64,000 nucleotides of DNA from Entomortierella parvispora E1425 (lineage: Eukaryota; Fungi; Mortierellomycota): positions 2,880,120 through 2,944,119 of the forward strand of contig BQFW01000001.1 in assembly GCA_020891255.1 (NCBI GenBank), read 5' to 3'. This document shows positions 1-10,917 of this stretch, piece by piece. A model generated the notes under the pieces. It had not been told where the DNA came from. It did no database searches and saw nothing but the letters and a program-made list of their open reading frames with translations. The first letter of the stretch is position 1. Every line of letters begins with the position of its first letter. A program made the position numbers and the translations under genes.

Positions 1-350
1 TCGCACTTCACTTCTTTGGCTCGACATAGCAAATAAAATGTTGCAAAAAAAAAAAAAAAAAAAGGTTGAGATCGCGCGTGGCATTTGTTGCGCGGGGATC
101 CGGGGTCATTTGTCGTCTGGACCACGCGGCTTTACTCAGGTTGTAGATAGTTTGGTATCGCACTTCACTTCTTTGGCTCGACATAGCAAATAAAATGTTG
201 CAAAAAAAAAAAAAAAAAAAAAAGCGGTTGAGATCGCGTCTTAGTTCGTCTGGACCACGCGGCTTTGCTCAGGTTGTGGATAGCTTGGTCTCGCACTTCA
301 CTTCTTTGTCTCAACATAGCAAAAAAAAGCAAAAAAAAATGTTGAAAAAA
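1..350. repeat. Degenerate tandem repeat, 3 copies of a 133-157 bp unit containing a poly-A tract
   Basis: The anchor tcgcacttcacttctttg recurs at 1, 158 and 291. tctggaccacgcggcttt recurs in units 1 and 2. The array may continue upstream of the window. Confidence 0.85.
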
Positions 351-621
351 AAAATGCATGGTTTTTTTTTTTGTTGTTGTAACTTTGATACCATTGTCGA
401 GACCCTTGGAGAGAAGAGACTGGTCTCGCGACCAGGACAAGTATATTTTAACAATACTGAGAATGTTTGTATAATGAGATGCAACGATCTGACAAGATCA
501 CCAGAGTCAATGGCGAAGGGCGCGATTCTTGGACTCAGCATGCTGAAAAGTCAGCATGCTTTTGTATCAGTCCGGTGAATGCTCTGTAGAGGTACGTCGG
601 ATCTCCCTAAGGATGGGTATC

Positions 622-1278
622 TCAAGCTTGACGGCAAACAAGAATGTGTTTTGTGCATTGGGCCCTGTGGATAGAGTACTCACAGACTTGTCTGTGCTGT
701 TGCAGTTTTGGAATGAAGTCTGCTCTTTGCTCGACCTCGCAGCTCATTCCACTTGACTCGAGAATTTTTCGACTGGCCATATTTTCAATGTAGGCGCTTC
801 CACGAACAACGTCAACTTTAAACTCTTTAAAGAGGATCTCATGGACGACAAACCAGGCTGATCGAGAACTATAGCCCTGCCGCGTGTATTCGGGGCTCAC
901 CCAGTATCCAATATCCGCCAACTTGACTGGTTTGCCTGTTTCTGGATGAAGATCCTTGACATCCGGTTCAAAATAGGCATGGATCCATCCAATCAGGGGT
1001 CCATCGGGTGAGGTTCGCATAGCCCAGTGGGTGTTGAAGCCCTTCTCATGATATCCAAGAGCCCGTCGGACTCTTACCTCAGCATGCGATTCGAGGTAAG
1101 GGTATTGAAACGAAGCGGTGCCGTCGTAGATGTCTTTGGAAAGATTTAGTACCCGAACCATCTCTGGGATATCGGACATCTTCACGGTGGAGAGATAATG
1201 AGGGGGGTCACTTGAGACCATGTAGGGGCCCATGGCTGTCGGCGCTGGTGTCTGACCTTGATCCTGCTGAAGTGTCAT
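622..1278 (-). CDS. GNAT-family N-acetyltransferase (RimJ/RimL-like), single exon, 218 aa
   Basis: ATG-initiated ORF with IGYWVSPEYTRQGY (acetyl-CoA binding motif A) and ENMASRKILESSGM (N-x-x-S-x-x-L motif of RimJ/RimL GNATs). Confidence 0.85.
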   Translation of the reverse strand: MTLQQDQGQTPAPTAMGPYMVSSDPPHYLSTVKMSDIPEMVRVLNLSKDIYDGTASFQYPYLESHAEVRVRRALGYHEKGFNTHWAMRTSPDGPLIGWIHAYFEPDVKDLHPETGKPVKLADIGYWVSPEYTRQGYSSRSAWFVVHEILFKEFKVDVVRGSAYIENMASRKILESSGMSCEVEQRADFIPKLQQHRQVCEYSIHRAQCTKHILVCRQA

Positions 1279-2110
1279 GAGGGCGAGCGTGTGAAAGACG
1301 TGTCCTGAAAATGAGATATGAGGGGAAAAGAGGTTGTTCTTGGCAAGCCAGCTTTATAGCAGGGAAGCGACCTCTGTGAGCCCATTGATCAAGGCTGGGC
1401 AACATGCGGCGTCTCTGCTGAGGTTGACATGAAGAGAGGAAAGTGACAGACTGCTGGGAAATGATAAATCGCGGTGCGGCGGATGAGGTTCTCAAAAAAT
1501 GACTGAGTTGACTCAGGGCTGGGCGCAACCTGCTTTTTTTTGAATTCGGGGGGTTTTTTTTTTTTTTTTTTTTTTTTTCGGTGGCGTCCTTGTGCATGCC
1601 TTCACAATCTGGAGACACCCTGCATACTCATTCCTCGTTCTATCCAAAAGAGGCCGAAACCCCGGTACAGGCAAAGGCTATTGTTGTTGGGCAATTCGAT
1701 TCAGTTTGGTATGAACCAGGATGTGCGTAGAGAGACAAACAAAAAAAATTTCAATCAGGTCATCTGCATGATATCTCTGGGACAGATCGACTGTAGAGAG
1801 GGAGGGCAGGAATAGCCGTCTCTCCACCTTCTCTTGTTCGTCTCTCTCCTTCTCTCCTCTGTCGTATCGTATTAATATTCCTTCGAGACGCGGTTGTGTT
1901 GGGTAAAAAGTCTCACAAAAAAACAGGTCTTTGATCGTCTTCTCCGGGTGCTTGATTCTCTCCATTGCAACCTGCTTTGTCGTTCCCTTTTCTCGTCCTC
2001 CTATCTTTCATTTCATTTCTTCATCTCGCTTGACCTCTTATTGTGCTTGTACTGTAGTCGACTTTGTCTTCTCTCCTCCCTCCCTTCTTACCAATCATTC
2101 GCTTTCAGCA

Positions 2111-4174
2111 ATGAAGGTCGCCTACCTTCTGCCATTCCCCCTGCTGCTCGTGCCCTTCACTCACGCAGCAGATTACCTTGTCCGGTTCAAGGAGGGCGTG
2201 GCCTCCGCACATCAGCCTGTCTCTCGGATTGAGACTTTCAACTCTGTTCACACTGCGGGAGCCAACCCAAAGTTTGATTACACTTCCAACAAGCTCGATT
2301 TGACTGTCCTCTCACTTTCTCATGCCAAAGCCCTAGCCCATGGAAGCAAAGCACGCCACGGAAAATCCAAGGCCCAGATCGAGGCCATGGAGGCGGCAAA
2401 TGAATCCCCTGCCTCTTCATCAGCGGATCCTGGCACGATTGAGATCTCATCGAAGGGTCGTTGGTTCACATTCGACGACTCTGAGTTCCATGTTTGGCAC
2501 GGAGACTTTTCGGAAGAAGAGGCAGCTTTATTGGCCAACGATGCTGGTGTTGAGATGATGGAGAGGGATATGGTTATTCGTTTTGCTGAACTTGAAAAGT
2601 ATAATAACCAAACCATGGCTCTTGAGATGGAGCAATTGAACGAGGCCTATGATCGCGTCGATGAGGAATTGGACAATATGGGACTTAAGAAGAAACCCTC
2701 TGAGGCAGAGGACGAAGAAGAGGTCCATATCCCCAACTTTGAGGAAGGAGTTGACAACCGTCATCGCCAATCATCTCACAAGTCCAAAACCAACAGGAAA
2801 AGCCACCATCATCACATCGCCAACGACTTCATCTCACCCGTCGATACTAAGGACGTGGCTGGACCCAACAACGCGTACACTATTCAACAGCGTGCTCCTA
2901 GCTGGGTAAGAAGCAACATGGCTCCTTCGTCATAGTTTATTGTAAACGAGGCTGCAGAATGTGTCGCATTCTAATCACCATCTTTGTTTTTTTTTTTGGT
3001 TTTCTAGGGCCTCCCTCGCGTCTCTCAGCGCAATCTCCCTCTCCGCACTGACTACAACTACCCCAATGCCGCTGGTCAAGGTGTTGATGTCTATGTGATT
3101 GATACCGGTATCAACATCAAGCACGTCGATTTCGAAAACCGTGCTCACTGGGGAACCACTACGGTTCCTGGCGCACCCAACACTGACGACAATGGTCACG
3201 GTACATTTGTCGCCGGTGTCATTGGCTCACGCACCTTTGGAGTGGCCAAGAAGGTGAACTTGATCGCTGTCAAGGGGCTGAACAAGGAGGGTACTAGCAC
3301 ACTCTCCCAGATTCTAGCAGCTTTGGATTGGACGATCAAGCAGAACCAACGGTCGTCCAATCACCGCAACGTTGTCAACCTGTCACTCGGAGCGGGTTAT
3401 TCCAAGGTTCTCAACTCGGCTGTTGACACCTTGGTCCAGTCTGGCATGTTTATTGTCGCAGCCGCAGGAAATGGCAATGAGCGCAACGTGGGGCAGAATG
3501 CTTGTAATTACTCTCCTGCATCAACCCCTACCGCTTTCACTGTCGGTTCGACTAACATCAACGACCAGATGTCATCTTTCTCCAACTACGGTCAATGTGT
3601 CAACATGTACGCACCTGGCGAACGTGTTCGTTCAACCTGGATCGGGCCCACAAACCGTGAGATCTACACCGACAGCGGTACCTCCTTCTCTGCCCCCAAC
3701 GTCGCTGGTATTGCGGCTTTGATCATGAGCGCAGAACGCGGTGACAGATCGGACGGCTCTTGGTCTCCCAAGAACATTGGTAACAGACTGCTGCAGCTCG
3801 GTACTCGTAATGTTGTCCGTAACTTTAAGGGCCCTGCCAACACCAACCTCTTGGCCTTTAATGGCGCTGGTATTCTGGGTGTTAACAACGGTAATGGGGG
3901 CAATGGAGGAAACGGTGGCAACGGCGACAACAGTAGTGGTGGGGACGGAGGAAATGGAGGCAACGGAGGAGATGATGGCGGAGATGGTGGCAGCGGCGGC
4001 GATAATGGCCCCTGGGTCCCTCCTTTCAATACTAACAACACCACCCCCCGCTTCGTGAATGGCGCACCTTCAATCAGCAGCACGACCAACCTTGGATCGG
4101 CATTGAATGTCTTCCAGACTTTGACGATCCTCTCAACTTTGGGATCGACCTTCTTCATTGTGCTTTCCTTTTAG
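2111..4174 (+). CDS. Secreted subtilisin-like S8 serine protease (proteinase K type) with prodomain and probable GPI signal; exons 2111-2905 and 3008-4174
   Basis: Signal peptide MKVAYLLPFPLLLVPFTHA. Splicing the GT-AG intron 2906-3007 gives APSW|GLPRVSQR. Catalytic triad motifs VIDTGI, NGHGTFVAG and SGTSFSAPNVAG. Gly/Asn linker and hydrophobic C-terminus. Confidence 0.92.
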
Positions 4175-4214
4175 TCTTAATGTATATATGTAGTCTTGTC
4201 ATAGTCTAGTATTA

Positions 4215-6257
4215 TTATAGCATCATTTGCCCAATGCGTATACCGCAAATTTCAATTGGCACTGATGTGTTGTCGGTCATTTCAAAACGTATGTGCTGGA
4301 TCTTCCGGGTATCAAGCTGGATGCTAGCGGATCTTCCGGCATCTGCGCAGACAAGATCTGTCATCTTGACGGAGCCCTGTGTCCTTTCTACTTGGCCTTT
4401 GCATGTCAACTAATGGATCGATAAAAAAAATATGTTAGAACAACACAGTGAGAAGCAGCGCATGTACTCCAGTAGTATAGATGTTGTACATACCCAACTA
4501 ATACCATCCACGCTCGCTTTGATGACCATATGAGACTCCAGTGTTTGAAGAGTTGTGGCGGTAGTTGACCAAATTTCGATCAACTGAGCATGCTCACCCA
4601 AGTCAAGCAACGGAAGAACAAACTGAAGTCCAAAGAAACTGCCCTTTTTCAAGGTTTTGAAACTGTTCCAGCAAGTCAACAGGTCCTGATCAACAGCGTA
4701 GTGATATGTGTGCATGGCCACGAACTCCGCGCTGGGATACTGCAGGGCTTTGAATCGTGCCTCGTGTGCGTGAATATCCCTGTTGTGGGCCTCTGCTGGC
4801 CATTTGACCTGATCAGGTGAGGGAAACATATCGATGTTGCTCTGGAAGAGACACTTGTCATTTGCGCAACTTGATCTAGATAAAAAACCTTCTAGTCAGT
4901 GGACGGTACTACCAACTGGTGAAGCCAGAATTTCGATGACAATGACAATACCTTGAATGTCTATCTTTGAAGAGAGGTTTCTCTTCTTCAGCCACAAAAT
5001 CAGCCTTTGCCCCGACCCGATGAGGCGATCCTTGAACAATTCCAAGTCCAGAGAGCACAGTCGTGATGCGGACCATTGCATCAGTCTGTAGATGGGAGAA
5101 AGTAGTAGCTGAGGTTAGAATGATATCCTCTCCTCCTCTCGGTGCTAAAATACTAAGAAGCTGAACACACGTACCATGTGCTCATAAACGACACTCCACT
5201 GATCAATCCGTCCACTCCAGCTTGAGCTTTGGTCCAGTGGTGCCAAGGCGTGTGAGAGGACAATGGGATACTGGTTTCGCCAGAGAGAAAAAAAGAGATC
5301 CGAGAGTTGCACGCGCTCCTTCCACAGGTTGCTTCCTCCCAGTTGCTGTAAGAATCTGAAGACTGTCTGTTTGGGCATGAAAGAACCTGCCCCTAACCAC
5401 GAGAACCCAGTGTGGAGACCAATCTGCGCATTGTGGAACATCCAGGATCGCTGTTGGGCATACATGGCAGGGATGGTGCTCGTAACTAGGGAGTTGGGCT
5501 GGTCCATGAAAAGCGAATACATCGAATCCAGGGAGAGGTTGATCCAGTCATCATCCTGGATGTAGCAGTGATCGTACTTTGCAAGCGAGCAGGTCGTGTA
5601 TTTCGAGAAGTCATGCAAGTTGGCGACCGAGTTGAAAACGACCACCGATGTCTCCTCAAAATTCTGCCCACTAGCGCCTTCATCCTTTGAGCCGTCAAGA
5701 GGACGTCTCCGGTCAGCAAAGTCTTTAGCAGCCAGGACCACTTCCGGGTTGTTATTCCAGATGAGAATCTCCTTGATGAATGGATACTTCCTCAGATGAG
5801 CGACCACAGCCTTGGCACCTTCCCTTCGCTTCCATGACAGGACCACAGCCGTAACGGGGATGTACTTTGAGGAAGATGGGTGGGATTCCGATGAGAACAA
5901 CGCCGGTGAGAAGGCACTGACCCGACTAGGTTCTGACTCGGCGAGATCAGTCCTATAGTTGGAGCGAGAATCCCATTCTAGCAACATGCGTTGGCGTTCA
6001 AGTCTGGCCTTCTTGTCCTTTGCAGAGATGTCTTTTACACGCCCGTCTTGTCTCGGAGAAGAGCCATGGCCGGCGACACTGGGATTATTGGATGAAGATG
6101 TCGAGTGGGCGAGAATATAAAGACTGAGGATGGCGAAGAAGGCAATGATTGCGCGCGCTGGAGTGATGCGGCGAGCGACGGTGCGGACATGGGCCTGGAT
6201 CGAGGCAATGGGCCGGCCGTGCAAGGGCAGGATCTCTGAGTGACCCGCCAGGGGCAT
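4215..6257 (-). CDS. Type II membrane GT-A-fold glycosyltransferase-like protein (GT64/EXTL-like), multi-exon
   Basis: N-terminal TM segment (IIAFFAILSLYILA), TAVVLSWKR, EILIWNNNP and CYIQDDDW (DxD-type motif). Downstream exons join through GT-AG introns (e.g. RHS|RSSCANDKCLFQSNIDMFPSP). The 3' exon boundaries are approximate. Confidence 0.7.
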
Positions 6258-6714
6258 AGCTGAAAGCAAGGGTATTCGGCGGGAAAAGGGGGGGGGGGGG
6301 ATGGAGGGACGGAGGGATGAAATGAGAGAAAGAGAAAGATGGACAAATGGATGAATGGAAGGTTGGACCCTGATGCCTGATCCCCTTGGTCTTGCTCCGT
6401 GTGCTTTTCAAAATGAGAGTAAAAACTAAAGAATAAAAACATATTATTATTTTATCATTTATAATACTCCGAGTATAATTATTCCAGATTAGTATTATCT
6501 TGACTAAATAATATTGTCGTGAACCCTCGGCTCCATTGTCTCTGTTCGTCCGTGCATGTCCTGTTCATCCTTCCATCCGCTCAGTCCCTCTTTCCGCGGT
6601 CGTTCCTTACGCCCATCCTTTGTGTGCTCTCCAACTTCATCCCAGCTACCTTTTTCTTTTTCATGACCCTCCCTTGACACATCAAATAGCAGCATCCTCT
6701 GCAGCGTATTTGTA

Positions 6715-8727
6715 ATGACCCTCAGTCCTTCCTCCTCCTCCCTGGCCGCTGCATCCACCTATGCACATCCTCGCCCAATTAGCCCGTCCAGCCTTCACCC
6801 TCAGCTCGGATCTTGGACCCCGCTCGACCTCGTCCATTGCTCCAACCGCAAGCTCGATGAAGATTTCTTTTCCTCTCGCTCCCTTTCCATCCACAAGCGC
6901 ATTGTCATCCGCAACTTTCTCTCCTTCCTCTTCGAGCTGCAGCCCCTGAACCACCACCACAACGACAGCACAGCCCTTCTGCAGTTGAACCTGCATCCTC
7001 CTTCCAACGGCTTCGAATATGATGACGATGACAGGCACGACCATGGACATGACCAATGGATGGAGCAGACTCTCTCTGCGGCTGGTGTCACTTCTCCTTG
7101 TTCCTCTGCTGCACCCTCGTTAACTCCTTCCGAAGGTGGCCTTGACTCTTCAGTCCTCGAGTGGATGAACTCTTCTGATGAACCCATCCTCTCTCGCTCT
7201 GCCGCCGCTGCAGCCTCGGCTGTCACCTCCAGGCGCAGACCTCAGTCTCTTCGCTCGAGTCGCATTCCCCTCCCCCGCCCTCAGTCAACAGAGTTGCCTC
7301 AGTCCCTCCAGTCCTATCTCTCCGCTGTCTTCGATGTCGATTGGTCCATTAAATCCCCCACTATGGAGGATGCCCTCTTCACAAATAAGAAGAGTTCGTC
7401 CCCTCGACTTCCCCAGCCTCTCTACGCCCTCAGCAATTTATCGTCTACCTTGTCCTCGTCTTCGAAAGATGCAGCAAGAGATTTAAGGGCCTCTCTTGAG
7501 CCAGAGCTCTTTGCGGATTCTATCCCTTCCGAGCAAACTCGTCATGGTCAGACGCAGGACGTTCATACTGGACTGCAGGGGCGTCATTCCTCGACAGACT
7601 CCAGCATTCATCAAGGGGACATTGGCTTATGTGAGAGCGAGAGCAGCTCCAAACATGAAGAGGGCGTGGCGAATGATACTTCACTCTTTGTATGGGAGCA
7701 AAAGGCATTGAATCAACACAGTTCCTCCACTCGAAGATATCGAGACCAATTGCAGCACTCTAAGGATGGACACGAACACCAACGCCAACATCAATATTTG
7801 TACCAACAGCCGCAAGAGCAGCACATCCACAATCATATCCACATCCATGTCCATACCTATCCATCCCCCTCGTCAGACTCTGAGGATGGCTCAGTGGTAT
7901 TCTCTTACCCTCAACCACCACAGCCACGATCTTCAAGATATCCCACCCCCCCACCATCAGCTACTGCCCAGAAAACACACCAGCATCAACAAAAAGAATC
8001 ATACCCTTGCATCGCAGTGGCTGGCCCACTTGCACCTCAATCTTCTTCACAACTTTTAACGAACCCTTCCTCCCTACCTCAATACCCGCCCGAAAAGACG
8101 GTGTCTAATGGAAATGACCAACTCTACTTCGCGACCCCTACCACTTCCTCTCCAGAACCTACTCGCTCACGATACCCCCGTTCTCCACCACCACCACCAT
8201 ATACTCCTTCTCCAGTATTGACCAACAATGCGGCACAACTCAGCGACCCTTTGGTTTATCCCCAACCGATGAAGCGGGCACCGCAGGCACCACGACACAT
8301 GCAGTCGGCGGCTGCGAGAAAAGAGTATCAACGCTATGAGGAGCAACAAAAGATGTTTGTTCGAGATGAAGAACCCAAAGAGACTGGATCTCAGGGTTTT
8401 CTACGGCTGTTGACTCGGCAAAGCTCGAAGCGAAAGTCATCAAAAGTCCCGTCCATCAGTGCGCCCCTCTGCATTTCTCAGCCAGTTCATTGGCAGGACC
8501 AAGACCTTGGCCAGTCTTTCAACCGACTCTCCTTGACCTCTGCGCCCAACACGAAAGTGGAAGCTCTGAAAGAACCGCTCTCGCCTGCCAAAAGCAGCCA
8601 ACAGCACCATTTGTCTCCGCAGATACCTCCACAGATACCCTCACCTTCGACAGAGGTATTCTCTTACTACCCATCTCGCAGCGCCCCAGCACCCGTCTCT
8701 GTCTCCATCTCGACTGCTCAGCACTAG
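6715..8727 (+). CDS. Hypothetical Ser/Pro/Gln/His-rich protein, single exon, 670 aa
   Basis: Uninterrupted 2-kb ATG ORF, mostly low complexity, with no domain I recognise. Confidence 0.7.
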   Translation: MTLSPSSSSLAAASTYAHPRPISPSSLHPQLGSWTPLDLVHCSNRKLDEDFFSSRSLSIHKRIVIRNFLSFLFELQPLNHHHNDSTALLQLNLHPPSNGFEYDDDDRHDHGHDQWMEQTLSAAGVTSPCSSAAPSLTPSEGGLDSSVLEWMNSSDEPILSRSAAAAASAVTSRRRPQSLRSSRIPLPRPQSTELPQSLQSYLSAVFDVDWSIKSPTMEDALFTNKKSSSPRLPQPLYALSNLSSTLSSSSKDAARDLRASLEPELFADSIPSEQTRHGQTQDVHTGLQGRHSSTDSSIHQGDIGLCESESSSKHEEGVANDTSLFVWEQKALNQHSSSTRRYRDQLQHSKDGHEHQRQHQYLYQQPQEQHIHNHIHIHVHTYPSPSSDSEDGSVVFSYPQPPQPRSSRYPTPPPSATAQKTHQHQQKESYPCIAVAGPLAPQSSSQLLTNPSSLPQYPPEKTVSNGNDQLYFATPTTSSPEPTRSRYPRSPPPPPYTPSPVLTNNAAQLSDPLVYPQPMKRAPQAPRHMQSAAARKEYQRYEEQQKMFVRDEEPKETGSQGFLRLLTRQSSKRKSSKVPSISAPLCISQPVHWQDQDLGQSFNRLSLTSAPNTKVEALKEPLSPAKSSQQHHLSPQIPPQIPSPSTEVFSYYPSRSAPAPVSVSISTAQH

Positions 8728-8871
8728 AATAAAAAGTGAACTCGCCACCAACATCATTTTGTGCTGCTCAATATTTTTTTTTTTTCTGTTTTCTCAAAAG
8801 GAGCAAGGTGGATTTCTGGCAAATGCAATTTTCTTCCCTTTCACCCATTCGCTCATTGTCAGAATTAACCA

Positions 8872-10478
8872 ATGGATCAGGTCATTGTAGTCGGGGCAGG
8901 TCTAGGTGGCCTCCTCCTGGCCATCATGCTCGAGAAAGCCGCCGTCCCTTATGTTGTGCTTGAGCGCTCCACTATGGCCAGAATGCCCCTCGAGGGAGGC
9001 GGCGTTATCATAGTGACCCCTCAGATTCAACCACTGCTAAAACAGCTCGGTTTGCTGGAGGAGGTTGAGAGGGTTTCCAAACCCATTAGACGACTGGAAG
9101 TCTTCGAGGCCGACCAGCCCGACCCTGAGCCTTGGATGTCTGGCATGTTCGACAGTTCATTTTCTAAGCCTAGGTAAGATAGTTGGCTCTCCAAACACTG
9201 ACGATCCTATTTTGCCAACTGACTTGGCGTGGCATCATAATAGGTACGGCTACGACACTCGCGTAATCTCACGACCAGAGCTATACAGCATCCTCGTGGA
9301 CGCGGTTCCAGCGTCCAAGGTTCTGTTAGGAAAACAGATTTCTACTGTTCAGCAAGTAGAGTCCCAGGCGACCTGTGAATGCACGGATGGCTCATCATAC
9401 ACTGGAATTGTCGTGGGAGCGGATGGAGCATATAGCGCTGTACGTCTTGACATGTACCGGCAGCTTAAAGAGCAGGACTTGCTTCCCGCACAGGATCGCA
9501 AGCCAATGCAGTATCGGTATCAGGCGCTTGTGGGAATGACGCGACCTCTCATGACACAGGAATCTGATATGGCTTTTTCTCAGCCCAGAGTCGTCATCTA
9601 TCAAGGAAAGAGTCCCTTCACGGTAGGTGTTCTGGTCCTCAAAACCTCACTGAAACACTGTCCGTCAGCGCGACTAACTTGTTTTTGTTATAGTTCTGGT
9701 CTGTTCCCATGACAATGAACAGAATGTGTTGGATGCTGGACCGACCCATTGGAGAACCACGCGATTGCCCGGATATGGAGGATCTTAGTTATCATCCGGA
9801 AGTGGTACAGGAGATGGTCCAGACCTACTCGAATGCCAGCCTTCAGACAATTTTTGATGCGACACCTGATGGAACGATGCTTGCTCTTCCGAGAGAAGAA
9901 GCATCGTTTTCAACCTGGTCCTTTGGGAAGATTGTGCTCATGGGCGATGGTAAGTCTTGTCTCATATAGTACATACAGGCACTCACCATTCAAATCGAAT
10001 CACCGGAACTATGTGTGTGTTTCTAACCATTGCCTTCACTGGTCATAATGTTTCTTAATAATAAGCTTGCCACAAGGTACGGCTTCTTTCAGGGACAACT
10101 TGGACTTCTGTTTTTTCAGGACACGGTTTAACTTTTCTATAATTGAACGTGTAGGTCATCCCGTATGGCGGTCAATCAATGGTGCAAGCTGGCTATGATG
10201 CTGCTGCCTTGGCAAACATCTTTTACGCCCAAAAACTTGATCCTTCAAGGAACATTGTGGCCGAGCTTGCTGCCTATGGCGCTCGGCGTCAAGCAGATGT
10301 CAAGGATGCGGTCAAGTACTCGCACTACTGGAGTGAGCTGTTTTTTTGGCAAGGCTGGTTTGGACGACTGGTCCGGCGTATTGTTTTGAACCACTGCCCC
10401 CAATTCCTGTTGAATGTTCTGGGGGACCGGCTGAGTCGCGATCGACCACAGGTAGTTTTCCTCCCAAAGATATTGTGA
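8872..10478 (+). CDS. FAD-dependent monooxygenase, paralog 1; exons 8872-9173, 9244-9622, 9694-9949, 10066-10076, 10155-10478
   Basis: VIVVGAGLGGL (GxGxxG), VVGADGAYSAVR (DG motif) and LMGD|ACHK|VIPYGGQ (GD motif). All introns are GT-AG and preserve the frame. Confidence 0.9.
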
Positions 10479-10917
10479 GCGCTGTGAATCATGAACGTCT
10501 GGTGCCAAGTGATCCGAAGCGGAAAAATAAACAAAGAAAAGAGAGAAAAAGAAAAAAAAATCCGGGGACAGAGCAAAGTCCGAAGGAACAAAACAACGGG
10601 GAAGAACAAAGAACCCAAAAAGGACTGGCTGAAGGAATGTGATTGTCGGTCACCCAGAAGGATGATCGATCTGCCGTCCAGCTGTTCAGTTTCCCCTACT
10701 GGCTGCTGCCGTTTCGACTGTTCTCTCCGCTCGACCCACCCACTCATTCATGCCGGTTCATTTCATTCTCCATCCATCCCTCATCTCCATTCGTTCAATT
10801 GTATAAAGCTCCTTTTCTATTTGCACACTTTCATTTCCTTCCTCTCCCTATACTCTACACGAAAGCCACCACCTCCCATCTCATCCCATCGACTCGACCC
10901 TTCTATTCAGATCAACC

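Noticed and set aside
3664-4158. Antisense or alternative-frame ORFs over real genes (also 20243-21040, 17671-18105, 32347-32910)
   Set aside because: They are shadow ORFs of well-supported coding sequences.
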